From the human T2T-CHM13v2.0 reference genome, Homo sapiens: a stretch of DNA of 64,000 bases. Shown here piece after piece: positions 41,401 to 54,407 of the stretch; positions within the stretch are counted from its first letter, which is position 1, and every line of letters starts with the position of its first letter. The stretch lies in NCBI RefSeq assembly GCF_009914755.1, contig NC_060927.1; one strand, given 5' to 3'. Both the position numbers and the translations under genes were made by a program. The notes beneath the pieces are model-generated. The model searched no databases. It was not told where the DNA came from and saw only the letters and a program-made list of their open reading frames with translations.

Positions 41401-41553
41401 AGATATCGATGAAGTTCCCACTCTGGTCATGGGCTGCACCTGGAACTGGCAGCTCTGTTTTCAGGCTTCAGTCTGTCTTTGGCTTGATGGTCAGGTTTCA
41501 CGAGGAACCCATCCCTGTCTACCTAGGAATTTGTCTGCATCCTTTTGCTATCA

Positions 41554-41835
41554 CCAGCACTTTGGGAGGCTGAGGCTGGCAAATTGCTTAAGGCCAGGAG
41601 TTTGAAACCAGCCTGGGCAACATGACAAAATCCCATCTCTACAAAAAATACAAAAATTAGCCGGGTGTGGTGGCACGTGCCTGTGGTCTTAGCTACTCAG
41701 GAGGCTGAAGTGTGAGGATCATTTGAGCCTGGGAGTTTGAGGCTGCAGAGAGCCAAGATCACACCATTGCACTCCAGCCTGGGTGACAGAGTGAGACCTT
41801 GTCTCAAAAACAAAAACAAAAACAAACAAAAAAAA
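41554..41835 (+). mobile_element. Remainder of the split AluJb
   Basis: Starts ccagcactttgggagg exactly where the 5' piece stops; tail followed by TSD aaaaaacctggccaccttc. Confidence 0.92.
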
Positions 41836-42571
41836 CCTGGCCACCTTCACTTCTCTTATGCCTGTTCTCTGAGAAACTCCTATCAAGACTGGGTGAAACA
41901 CCATTTCTCACACAAAGCCCTCTCTGCTACTTCAGGTGACACAATTTCCTCCCAAACTGAAGTTTTAGTGTCTTTTTCCTAATGATGATGATGATAATCA
42001 GGGAAAAGAGGAGGTAATTACAATTATTAGTATTATATAACTTAGTGGCTATTTGATCCATTGATATTAACATTTAAGGTTTTATCTTTACAAAATACAT
42101 GTAGATGGTTAATACAGCACATATTTCTGTGAAGCCACAGAAAAGCACGGAATATGATATCATTACTTTTTGTTTTCAAAGTAAAAAATACAGTGCTATC
42201 TACATTGTAGGAAAGGCACTTGCTGTTTAATAGGGAAACTAAAAAACCACTGGCTATTGAGTTTCAAATCTGAAACATCCTGCATTCATCAGGCTTCTCC
42301 GCATGTGGGACAGTAGTCACTAAACTAGATCAAGAAGAGAAAGTCTTTGCTCTTGGTGAACTACTGAATCCCATTGCTGTTCTTCTTTGTCCTTAATCTG
42401 TCTCTCTCCCTTCCTGAAACTTTGTTCCTCCAGCCTTTCTTGAGGTTGTGTAAGCTCTAATTCTCTATTCTAAATCCCTCATAATTGGCATTTCTAAAGT
42501 GGCTTCTGAGTTTGTTTTTACTGAATCCTAACTAATATAGAAGATAAATAACCAGTGTACACTACACTCAC

Positions 42572-42667
42572 CTTCATGATCATCTTTACCACACAGAAAG
42601 TTTGTAATCCCATTTGTTTCCTTTTAAATCTGCTACTATTTCAACATTGGCAAACATTTCTTATCAA
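42572..42667 (-). other. Candidate 96-nt non-coding exon
   Basis: Minus strand: cca(t)11atAG|TTGATA...CATGAAG|GTGAGT; stop codons in all three frames. Confidence 0.4.
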
Positions 42668-43377
42668 CTATAAAAAAAAAAATGGCACTCCACAGTTCAA
42701 CACATATTTTTTGAGAAATAGAATTTGAAAAAATGCATTAATGGCTACAAAGCAAAAAATTAAAGGCAATGGTGTTTAAATGTTGAGATCTACTTTTTCA
42801 TGTAGATACAGAACAAAGAATAACCTACATTATAACTGCTCATAAAAAATGCCGTGCAGCAACATGGGTTTCCAACACATTTGATAACCTGTTTCTGTCT
42901 CCCCCTTCCTCCATTAAATTGAACTCTCTGAATTATTCATGAAGGCTATTTTAATGGGATAATTTTTTCTGGCGAACGCTGACACTGATACCAAAGAATA
43001 TCTCTAGGTATTCATCTTGGATAAATAAGGCTCCTGGTAACTAGTTTTCTTGATGCTTCACCTTATTCAAATGAACATATATGGAAGTAACTAATGTAAA
43101 CCATTTTTTAACCCTTAATGTTTTCAATATGTTTCTCTCCATGTATGTATAGTCAAACATATGTTTACACAGGAATTAGCCAGGGTGTTGAATTAAATGA
43201 AAGTAAAGCAGAAAGTTAAGCAATTCTCAGGTGAACTTGGGCAGGACATTAAGAAGAAATTTAAAGTCCACAGTTTCCAGCTGTGATGACAGTTCGGCAT
43301 TGCTGTGGGAATAGCCCATCTCTCCACAGTACTTTGGCCATAGTCAGAACCAATCATTCACTTGAATGTGTTACATT

Positions 43378-43520
43378 AAGGGTTCTTAGCCCAGGATAGT
43401 AGGATTTTAGGGAGTTGATGAATCCTTTGAAATGGAATATCAAATTTTCTGTGTATTATTTTTCTTCTGAAAATAAAGTTTATGACATTCATCAGCTTCT
43501 CAGAGGTGTTCTTGACTACT
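43378..43520 (+). mobile_element. MER103C-like hAT-Charlie fragment
   Basis: agggttcttagccc...tgaatcctttgaaat...ttcatcagcttctcagagg. Confidence 0.6.
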
Positions 43521-45089
43521 CCACCACTGCCACTACTTCTAAATGGCAAGAATTCTTATTTCACACAGAAAAGACCTTCGGCAGCCAGGATTCTCTGGAT
43601 TTCCCTGTTCATGTGTGTGTCAGAGGGATGGAGTGGGGAATGACTATTTGTCCCTCATTAAATTTAGTATTATAAAAATTCACATGCAAACCTTTCAAGA
43701 CTTGGAAAAAATTGTACTTTGTGGGTTAATTATATATCATTACACTTATTACAGTTTAATTTTTACAAATATCTTTGAGTTTTTCCCCTTAGGTATCTAC
43801 AAGTCTGCTCATATTTATCTTTCTTTAAATATTACCGCAATAATTTTATGATTTTTATACTAATGCACAATAAGAACTTAAGTTAGATACTGGAATGATC
43901 ATCTTCAACCTATTTTATTAGAAAGGATGGTGCTGACCACATAGTTAGATTTTTTGAAGAGGCAATAGTACAAAAAGTGATGCTGTTGTGTAACAATGTT
44001 GAAGACCCTGTAGCTCCTGAAGCAATACAAATTTTATTTTAGTCACAATGTAAAATAAGGATTTATATTACCTTTAAAGAAGCAAAATTCTCAGAAAATA
44101 CTGATTTCTTTTCTCCCAATACAGCTTTCCAACATTTCTAATCATTCTGTAATAAATCTGGCAATATTTTTTAAGACACTGAGGTGACTGTCACTGCTGG
44201 AATGTGTCCTGGGGGCTCTTTCTGTCAGAGGAGATGACAGTGACTCTTCCCATGCAGATTAAGCTGGTGTTTACAGATTTGCCCTGGGTGTGCATTTTTA
44301 TCCCGCTGTGATCAAGTAACACCACCTGACGAGTGCCAGACAGATCTCTGGATAAGAAAGTCTTCACTATGCCCTCACTTTGCACAAGATGCAGCCCTAA
44401 TCTGGAGCCCTTGACAAGAGTCTGTTTCTTGTTCTCTTTCTCAGTGATACTGTTATGTACACTTTACCTTTAGGTGAAGCATTAGGAATGAATCTGCAAA
44501 CGGTTCAACAGTGATTTCTGTGCTGAAACTTAGATCATGAATTGAAATCAATGTACAATACATATTTTTAAAAAGACCAACATTAGGGTTTCTGGAGACA
44601 TGAGAGGAGGCCTGTGTGACCAAGTGGAAAACATCTAAAAATATTTGAGTCCTTTACAGTAATTTCAAAAGTTTTGTGCATTTTCACACTGGAGAGTTTT
44701 CACAGACAAAACTAGTGACATAAGAAATCTTATTCTGGGCAAAAGCTAATCAGGCTCCAGATGCTGTGAGTGCAAAATCAGGGATGGTGGAGCTAAAGCT
44801 GCCAGTAAGCAAACACCACCACTCAGCCCCCAGGTCCTTTTACCTTTTCACCATTTTGGTCTTAAAGAAAGCATTTTTAATATCCATGAAACAAAACTGG
44901 CTGTTTTCTTCAGATACTGAAACTCAGCTCTCCATATTTCGATTTCTTACTTCATTTCTATAAAAACACTCCATGAGGAAATGTTAGGCTTTGAAGGGGA
45001 TGTCTTCTTTGTAAGTATACTTCAGAGGAGATGACTTATGCTGAGTTGAAAAAATAACAAAATATCATGCTAACGATGAAAATATTTAA

Positions 45090-45320
45090 GATTGAAGCCT
45101 CAAGTTCCTGGATCTGCCATTATTTAGCTTTGAGAACTTCAGCAAGTTACTTACTTACTCTCTGTAAGCTTGGATTTCCTTATCTGTAAAACAGGGGCAA
45201 TAAAACTTTTCTGTCTCTCATGACCCACTCACAGTAACCTATAGAGTAATCTACAAAGTGCAACAGTAAAAAAGATTTTATGTAGTGCTCTATAGCGTTC
45301 AACACACCTACCAATCCTAA
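45090..45320 (+). mobile_element. MIR SINE
   Basis: gcaagttactta...tttccttatctgtaaaacagggg. Confidence 0.75.
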
Positions 45321-45949
45321 GAAGCAATCAATCTTTATTTCATTGTTAATTTTAAAAAGCATATAATTTTAGTATGGTTAGTTGCAAAGAAGCTGATGTA
45401 ATGTTTTGGATTTTTAAATCTATTTAAGACTTTGGAATAGATGTAAGATTTCCCATTACAACCAAAATACCTGTGGCTAAAACCTTCTCCCAGCAAATCA
45501 TGCTGTTAAATAGATTTATGTTTATCATTTACTCTTTCAAATTGTTTTTGATCTGCACCTTTAAAATTATTAATTTTGACAATAATGTCACTAAGGATAT
45601 AGAAAAAGTACAGTATCTATATAATATTTTATGATATTTTTCTTTATTACTAAAGATAGTTTAGCCATTAAGCAAATTAAAAATTCTAATAAATTTGATA
45701 AATTTCTGTGACTCCCAAGTATTAAGAAAAAATTTCTAAAAAATAAATAGCAATCCTAATATTTCTGAAAATACCTTCAGTCAAATGTCATCTCTGAAGG
45801 CCTGATAGTCTAGTCATTGATACAGTTTTTGTGTTAGACTCATCAGCTTCCAAAAAGAAGTCCAAACCAGAACACAATAGAGTATAACAAATTAAACTAA
45901 CAGGAGGGGAACCGATGACTATCATATCACATCAGTGTCGCCATAGCCA

Positions 45950-46461
<512 letters not shown>

Positions 46462-46462
46462 C

Positions 46463-46480
46463 TGTGTGTGTGTGTGTGTG
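46463..46480. repeat. (TG)9 microsatellite
   Basis: Perfect run directly flanking the Alu 5' end. Confidence 0.95.
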
Positions 46481-46747
46481 TTTTAACTGTTCTTCATTCC
46501 TCAGAGATGCAAAGGCCAAAAGATTACAATATTTATCTTCAGATGTGATATTTTTGGAAGCAACATCTATTTTCATAATGTTATATATAATGTGTGTGTG
46601 TAAGAATTAGGTTATTTATTTTACCGAGCTGAATTTTTTGCCTAAGTAATTAATTTACTCAAGTTAATTCATTCTCTCTTACCTTCCCTCCCTCCCTCCC
46701 TTCCTTTCTTCCTTTTACTTTTTCTTTTTTAAAAACTTATGCACTAA

Positions 46748-47199
46748 CTGGTACTGGGTTCCTCCAGATTCAGACCTCTCAACAAGGATTTGAGTATAAG
46801 TAATTTATTTGGAAAGTGATTGCAGAAAGCATGTGTGAGGTTGTAGGGACCTAACATAGGTAAGAGAAGGAGGTAATACCAGGTGCATTAATGAACAAGT
46901 TACGACTGTGGGTCCCTGGAGAAAAGACAGAACAGAACTTGTCTCAGAGTTGTCCCATCAGAAGTGGGAGAAAGCTGTGCTATTCATCTACCAACTCCTA
47001 AACCTCCTTGCTGACAACTGCTCCCAGGGGCTATTACCCCTTCCCCAGTGCTGCCTGACCCATACCCAGCTGCGCATGCTCCTGCCACCAGAGAAAGCCC
47101 AAGGGAGAGAATTGCAGGTATTTGCAGTAAGAAGCCATCAATATATTCAGGAAAGGCAAGTGTCCAGGCAATCTGGGTGGATTGTGGCTGCTGCCCACA
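46748..47199 (-). mobile_element. LTR33-like ERVL solo LTR
   Basis: acaaggatttgagt...tttatttggaaagtgat...agagttgtccca...ctaccaactcc. Confidence 0.7.
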
Positions 47200-48044
47200 C
47201 TTTCTTAGATTCCATTCTACGGTGAGAGGAGACCATTATCTGTTCTACATTGTTTCAACAGATTTAGTTTAACAATGAAAATGAACAACAAATATGCCGC
47301 AGTCAGAGAACATCTGACCCTTCTCTGTAGAGAAAAATAAATGCCCAGTAGGCAGACAAAGAATAATGGGCCTGGCTTGACCTAGAATGGTAAAAATTTA
47401 GAAGTTTGTCCCCTGGGAAAAGAGGTCTTACAGTGCTCAGAGTAGCTAGGATGAACTGAGAAAGCTTTTTACCTCTTTAAAGAACAGTGTAAGATGGACT
47501 GTAGCCTTTGAAAAGTACCTGTGAGGCCAGAGTTAGCAAGATTTTTAAAGAGCCAAGTTATGAGGTAAATGATTAGCTAACTAGAGTTTGTCACAATTAG
47601 GAAGTGAGAATGAAATTCAATTTGTGTTTAGAAGTTTATTTTGCATTAAGCTCTTCTATCTAGGGTTTTAAACCACACAGAAAGCAAAATTTAAGCTTAC
47701 ACTTGTTAGGTGGTAGAGAATTATTTTTTATGAAAGTGAAAAAAAGTTGCATACATTGATATAAGTAATTCATCTTTGAATAAGCTCAAAACTTGGGTTC
47801 ACATTTTCCTGATCCTTATATCTCTTATTTGAGACCTTACCTAATGAGGAACCTGACATTTAGAGGGTATTAATTCACCAAAAGCCACATTTCATGCACT
47901 GTTTTGATCAGTAATGGAAAAGTCACACTCCATCTATTTGGATAGTGTTTTGGAGTATACAGATCAATATGATTCAAAAAGTAATGTATAACTAAATACA
48001 ACAAAATATCAGTGAATGCACTAATAAATATTTGACATGAGAAT

Positions 48045-48213
48045 TCAAATCCAATCTCACAGGTGTTTTTTAAGCCTTGGCTTGAGTCAGGTCTGCTAAT
48101 ATCCCATTGGTCAAAGCAAGAATGAGCCAAGCCAAGAATCAAAAGAAGGGGAACCACTGCCCGTAGAAGTGAGGGAAAAGATGATGACTATATTGAACAA
48201 CAATCAGCCACAC
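48045..48213 (-). mobile_element. MLT1 LTR fragment
   Basis: tctgctaatatcccattggtcaaagcaag...gccaagccaagaatca. Confidence 0.6.
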
Positions 48214-48599
48214 AGGACAATGCAGAAGAAATATGTAACTGTTTTCTTGTTTCCTTTTAGGGAAATAAATTTTGTCTATTAAGGGAATATATATGCCTCC
48301 TTTTTCTTTCTTTCCTTTGAAATTGTCATTAATTTTATAATCAATTATTATAATTAACTAATTATTAATTTAAATCCTTTTCCACTGCAAGGTCTACTAT
48401 AAAAAGAAATTCAGAGAGTAGACCTGGGATTCTAGTTGACATGTATTTGTTATCCTTGTTCTCCAAAAGGTTAAAGGGGGGTGGTAGTGTATAATCATTA
48501 ACTAATAATAATTAGAACATAAGAATCTGAAAATCAATATTGAGGGGGATCTAATTATGCCCATGGCATTTTATTTTCTTAGTTTGAATAAATGAATGG

Positions 48600-49290
48600 T
48601 GTGACAGGTACGGATGAATCTGCAAACATTCCATAAGCTCCTCAACATTTCTCAGCTTCCCTGCAGTTAAGCAGGCTATGACTTACTCTAGCCAATGAAA
48701 TGACTGTAGAAGTGGTATCTCTCTGACATTATGTCAGGGAAAGAAAGACTGTCACTTGTGGTTACCTTAGAAGAGACTTATATACATAATGAAGTTGTAG
48801 CTCTAGGGAAAGAGGTAGGAAAACAGAACATGAACAGTAAATGTTGATGGTTTTGGGGCTGTGTTTATCAAGTGTTACAAGAAAGAAATGAGCTCAAGGA
48901 AGAGTTGGCTGAATTTCACATAGAAGTGAAGGAATCTCATTTTGAGGGAATCTGTAAATTCAAGGCCTTGCAAGTTTAGAGAACACAACTGCACCTTGAC
49001 TTTGGTAAAAATTATTTGGAAAAATAATTTAGTTTAAATGAATGGGCAAATATCCAATCTGGAGGCCTTCACAGAAGCCCAGAGGAAAAAATAAAAAGTT
49101 ATATAGGTTAGTCCAAACACAGAGAAATATAAATTAACTCAAAAAAGGGCTTGTGATTTTTTTCTTTTATTCTTTCACAAAACATTGTTACTTTGGAGCA
49201 TATGATTATTAGCACATAGAACTTCTTGGAATAAACAGGTAAAAGCCTATTTAGTTTTGAAAATATTTGGCTGTCAAAAACCATGACCCT
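48600..49290 (+). mobile_element. Old MLT1 LTR fragment plus MLT1-int
   Basis: cctgcagttaagc...tctagccaatgaaatg...agaagtg; then ttacaagaaagaaatgagctcaaggaagagttggc. Confidence 0.6.
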
Positions 49291-49319
49291 GACAATTTCA
49301 AAATGTCGGAATTCCTCAG

Positions 49320-50105
49320 TACTTACTTCCAGGTCCTCTTTTCTTTTATCTTCCTACCTGATCTCCTGCTCTCATTCATTTTCGTGGCTTTCAATACTAT
49401 CTATTGGCCCATTTGTATCAAATTTATTCTTCTCCCCAGACCTCAACTAAGCTTTAAAATTTTAACTCCTACTGTATATGTGATATTTCCAGTAAGATAT
49501 CTCACAAGTGCTTTAAATCATTGTCTCTTGCCCAGTTCTTAACGGTAGCCTCCTAACTGGTCTTTCCACTTTTACTCCTACTCCCTTCAATTTATTCTTT
49601 ATACAGCAACGAGAATGATCATTTTAAAAATATGAATTGGATCATGTCACTACCCTGTTTAAACTTCTTTAGAAGAATTCTCATTGAACTTAGACATGAT
49701 AAATTCCTAAAAGGGCCTACATGGCCTGCAGGACCTGGCCTTTGCCTTCTCTTCAACTCACCTGTACGTTTGTTCTCCTCCAGGTGCACTGGACTTCACT
49801 TATTTTCTTGAATGCCTCACCCTTTCACATGTCTCAGAGCCTTTGAACTTGCTGTTCTCTCTGCCTGTAACTCCCCACTCTCACCCTCACAAATCCTCAT
49901 GCACCTTCAGATCTCAGCCACAATGACCAAAGCTCAAAGAGCATTTTTAAAAGCATCCCTTCTTCCCAAGTAAATTAGGTCTGCCCTAGCTAGCATTCTC
50001 TGTCAAGGAACTCTGTTTACCTTTACAGTGCTTAACTATTATTTGTAATTTTACATGTATATATGTGTTTGGATTATCCACTAAAACATAACCTCCTATG
50101 AAGGG
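49320..50105 (+). mobile_element. L2 fragments
   Basis: tagcctcctaactggtct...gatcatgtcactaccctgtttaaa...gcctttgaacttgctgttc. Confidence 0.8.
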
Positions 50106-50558
50106 AGCTTGCTGACTACAGGCAGCTAGCAATCCACATCTATCCCTGTACCCTCTAGTTGCCGCCCTGAATTGTAGTGGTAGAAAGTTAACAGGCTTCT
50201 TTACATGTAGACTTTTGTATGTGAATTATGCTCTGCCTATGAAATACACCTTGTGAAATTTAAAAATGAGATGGAGTTCATCTATCTGCTGCTTTAGGCA
50301 GTTTTCTGCTCTCAAGCAAGATAATGGAGACAGGGGTTTTTCTGCAGCAATATCCAGTCTCCAGCCTTGTGGGTATCCAAAAGCAGGTGCAGCAGAGGTG
50401 GGGCCTGGATTCCACTCATCATTTCATAGAAGTTAAGAAGTAGTTGTGGCAGAGCTGCCAGTGGCTTCTTGCCTCCAATTCACAGTAACCTTGATGAATC
50501 ATTGATCTCAATCACTCCTGGGTGGACTCCTCATGCCTCGCCTTTCTGAACTGTAGTT

Positions 50559-50786
50559 GTAACCGTCCTCAAAGGGTTAACAAGAATTACATGCTGGGCT
50601 CTGGGCAGAAATATAGTCATAATTAAGCATTAAACAGGCTACATTTTGGCCCACATCCTTGTAACCAAAAGTCATGTTGCTGTAGATGCTGAATGTTTGC
50701 ATACCCATTGTTTTTATAGATAGAATTTCTGACATTGGAATCATAAGACTCTTGTTTAAGAATTGCTTAAAATGTTCTTTAGACTG
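50559..50786 (+). mobile_element. Partial MER4-group ERV1 LTR (LTR45/LTR26-like)
   Basis: cagaaatatagtcataattaagcattaa...ttggcccac...tttctgacattggaatcataag. Confidence 0.65.
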
Positions 50787-51028
50787 TATGAAGTCATCGG
50801 CTCTTCTCTAAGCAAATGTATAGGCCATAAAATAAATCAAATCAGTATGCTTTACAACTTGTCAAAAATGCACTATTTTGCTAAACGTATGACTCTGCAA
50901 TTTTATAATATGCTAAAGTATCTGGTTAGATATTTATATATTAAAATCTAAAAGTGATCTTTGCTAGCAATTTTACATTTTTGTTCAGAAAACCCACATG
51001 CATTTTTTTTTTTTAATAATAAATGCAG

Positions 51029-51354
<326 letters not shown>

Positions 51355-51947
51355 TTAAGTATCCACAAACTACAATCAAGGTAGCCTGAGTTGTAACATC
51401 ATGGGTAAAGAGTTGTACCTGAAAGAAGAAAGTAGAGAGTTGAAGAGAAAGAAGTTTGAGGTGGCTGTCACATGAAAAAGATAACACCATTAAATGATCA
51501 AGTAAGTTGGGGAAACTACTTCTCTAAATCTGTTTCCTTATCTTTAGAAAAGGGATAATTATAATTCTCATTCAATTGTATTGTCATAGTGCATGTAACA
51601 TTCAAAATATAACTATTGTTATTTGTTATTATTCTACTATTTATATAGCAATTTTTGTTTATAAATTTTTACATTTTTGTCATCCCCTAAAGCAAAATTA
51701 AGGTAATACACTAGAAAATGTATAAAGAATTTTTGATTTCCTTGACTTTAAAATCACTTTCTCAAAATGAAGACTCAGTTTTTTTGGAGAAAGCTATTAG
51801 AGAATTTGAATAATGAATTTTTCCTCTGAAAGGAACTGTACTTATTCATCATAAAAACCCAATATCACGTTTTTGAAGTGAGCATGTTATGTTTTACACT
51901 GTCAATCACATTTGGTTAAAATGTAAGCAATAGAAACTTGAAATTTC

Positions 51948-52260
51948 AGTCTGGGCTTGCTGGCTCATGCCTATAATTCCAGCCAAGGTGGAAGGATCGC
52001 TTGGAAGGCCAAGGTGGGAGGATCTCTTGAGTCCAGGAGTTTCAGATCAGCATGGTAAGACCCCATTTTTACAAAAAAATTTAAAAATTAGCCAGATGTG
52101 ATGGTGAGTGCCTGTGGTCCCAGCTACTCAGGAGGCAGAGGAAGGAGGATCACTTGAGCCCAGGAGGTCAAGGCTGCAGTGACTCTTGTTTGCACCACTG
52201 CACTCTAGCCTGGGCAACACAGTGAGACTCTGTCTCAAAATAGGAAAAAAAGAGAAGAAA
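51948..52260 (+). mobile_element. AluJ with a 22-nt internal duplication
   Basis: J-type right arm; TSD gaaact..aaatttca. Confidence 0.9.
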
Positions 52261-52309
52261 CTAAAAATTTCAAAAAATAAACTACATGCTAATGAGGGAG
52301 GAGCTGAGT

Positions 52310-53176
52310 GCCCAATCGTATAAAGGGTTACCGCCTGCAAAAGGCTGTCCCGCAAGCTGGGAAACACAGCCTCCAGCTAAGACCAGAGACAGGCACTTTG
52401 ATGGAGGAGGGGTTGGGGTAGGAGCTTTATGCTGAATAGGTTGGCTAAAGCTCCAACCCCAACACCGCCTCCTTCAAAGTGTGTGCCTTTGTGCCTGGAA
52501 AAAAACCTTTTGATTTATAGGGCCTAACTGTAACACATTTAAATGTGAAGTATCTGCACCAAAGTGAACATGGGTCATATGTAACATGCATGTTTGTTCA
52601 GTAGGCATGTGTCAGGACCAAAGGCACATGAGTGCAGAGTCTCTGTAAAACAGACAGAGCCAGTCCATGGTCAGTGGTCTTTTTATTGGGAGAAAATTAT
52701 TGCAATTAGTTTCTTGTCCAGTCAAATCTGTAATTATGGCTTGTGGAACAGGGATTCAGTTAGTCAGCATCTATGAGGTGGATGAGTTGTGATTGTTTTA
52801 ATACTGGTTATTTAAGGCCTGTGCTTGTTTAGTTGCTAGAGAAAAAGAAAAACTTTGTTTCAGTTAAAACATAGTTTATTCTTAAGTGCAGGTGTGTGTG
52901 ACATAGCACTTGCCTAGCATGGCCTTAGGTCCTATTTATAATTTGGTTTCTTACTGTCACAGAGTCTGTTCTGTCAGTCTTATGGTCTATATTTTAACAT
53001 TAATGCTGACCAGTTGTTGTGCCTAAACCCCAAAAGGGAGTGGGTAAAATGAGATGTGTCTGACCTCCTGTCCTAGCATGACGGGGAACTGAGTTTTAAG
53101 GTTTTTCTGGGGTCCCTTTGGCCACAAGGAGGTCTGTTCAGTCAGTGGAGGCTTAGGATTTTATTTTTTGTTTACA
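52310..53176 (-). mobile_element. MER49-like ERV1 solo LTR, internally rearranged
   Basis: Minus-strand start tgtaaacaaaaaataaaatcctaagcc; internal inversion and fold-back at 52394-52628. Confidence 0.8.
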
Positions 53177-53846
53177 TAGAGGAGAAAAAAATAATTTTCT
53201 CTCTACCCTTTATAGTTTTCAGTTGGGACAGATGGCTATAACAGATTAACAAGAGAAGAACAAACATTAGTTTATTAACATGTATATGGTTCATGTATAT
53301 GTTGGGGGCTTAGAAAATGATACACCAAAGTGTGGTGCTATGACATGTTGAGTGTTTTGAACTAAAGAAGCAACCTCAAAACCAAGATCTCTCTGACCCT
53401 TCTCCTCCCCTTGCCAATCTTGCCCCTCTGTCTCTCCTGAAGCACAGGGAGGGGCTTTCTCTGAAGTTCACTTCTCTGACTAAGCGAAGCTCCCACAGAA
53501 GGAGTGTAATTGTGTTGAGCCTCCTCCCTGTAATCTCACCAATCAGGGAAGATTAAACTCCAAGAAAAGAAGACTAGAGTTGACACCACACCCAGAGCCC
53601 CAGGAGAACTATGTCCCAGGCCATTTTCTGTTCTGCCCCATTCTTCTCCCCTAAAATTATCTGTTCTTCCTCTAAATCTGCCTATGTCCCCCACTTCCCC
53701 CTCCCCTGTGAAGGAGAGTGTATAAGCTTCTAAATCTCACTGGGCTATTTGTTACTCACCTTCCTTTAATCTCCCTGCATGTAATACATTTATATGCCTC
53801 TTTTCCTGTTAATTGGTCTATTGTTCATTTCTTTTATATATACATA

Positions 53847-54050
53847 TTTTTTTTTATTATACTTTAAGTTCTAGGGTACATGTGCACAACATGCAGGTTT
53901 GTTACATACGTATACATGTGCCATGTTGGTGTGCTGCACCCATTAACTCATCATTTACGTTAGGTATATCTCCTAATGCTATCTCTCCCCGCTCCCCCCA
54001 ACCCCATGACAGGCCCCGGTGTGTGATGTTCCCCATCCTGTGTCCAAGTG
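53847..54050 (-). mobile_element. L1PA (about L1PA4-6) 3' end fragment
   Basis: ttattatactttaagttctagggtacatgtgcacaac...gtgtgatgttcccc. Confidence 0.92.
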
Positions 54051-54089
54051 TCCTAGATTCTCTCTTTTGTTACTGAATCTCTCTCTCAA

Positions 54090-54407
54090 TTTTTTTTAAG
54101 ACAGGGTCTTACTCTGTTGTCCCAAGCTGGAGTACAGTGGCACAATCATAGCTCACTGCATTCTTGACCCCCTGAGCTCAAGCAATCTTCCCACCGCAGC
54201 CTCCCAAATAGCTCGGACTACAGGTGCGTGCACCACCACACCTGGCTAATTTTTCTTTTTTTTTCTTTCTTTTTCTTTTTATTTTTTTGTAGAGATAAGG
54301 TCTCACTACATTACTCAGGCTGGTCTCAAACTCCTGGGCTCTAGCAATCCTTCTGCTTCAGCCTCCCAAAGTGCTGGGATTACAGGTGTGAGGCATTATA
54401 GCCAGCC
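54090..54407 (-). mobile_element. AluJ
   Basis: cacaatcatagctcactgca...ctcctgggctc J-type features. Confidence 0.92.

Larger units (their letters stand above)
33923..41553 (-). mobile_element. ERV1 provirus (LTR28/LTR27/MER52-group LTRs; HUERS-P/MER52-int-like internal region)
   Basis: LTRs at 40428-41553 (5') and 33923-34988 (3') with TG...CA ends; tRNA-Pro PBS; gag and pol remnants; 4-bp TSD ccac/ccag. Confidence 0.92.
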
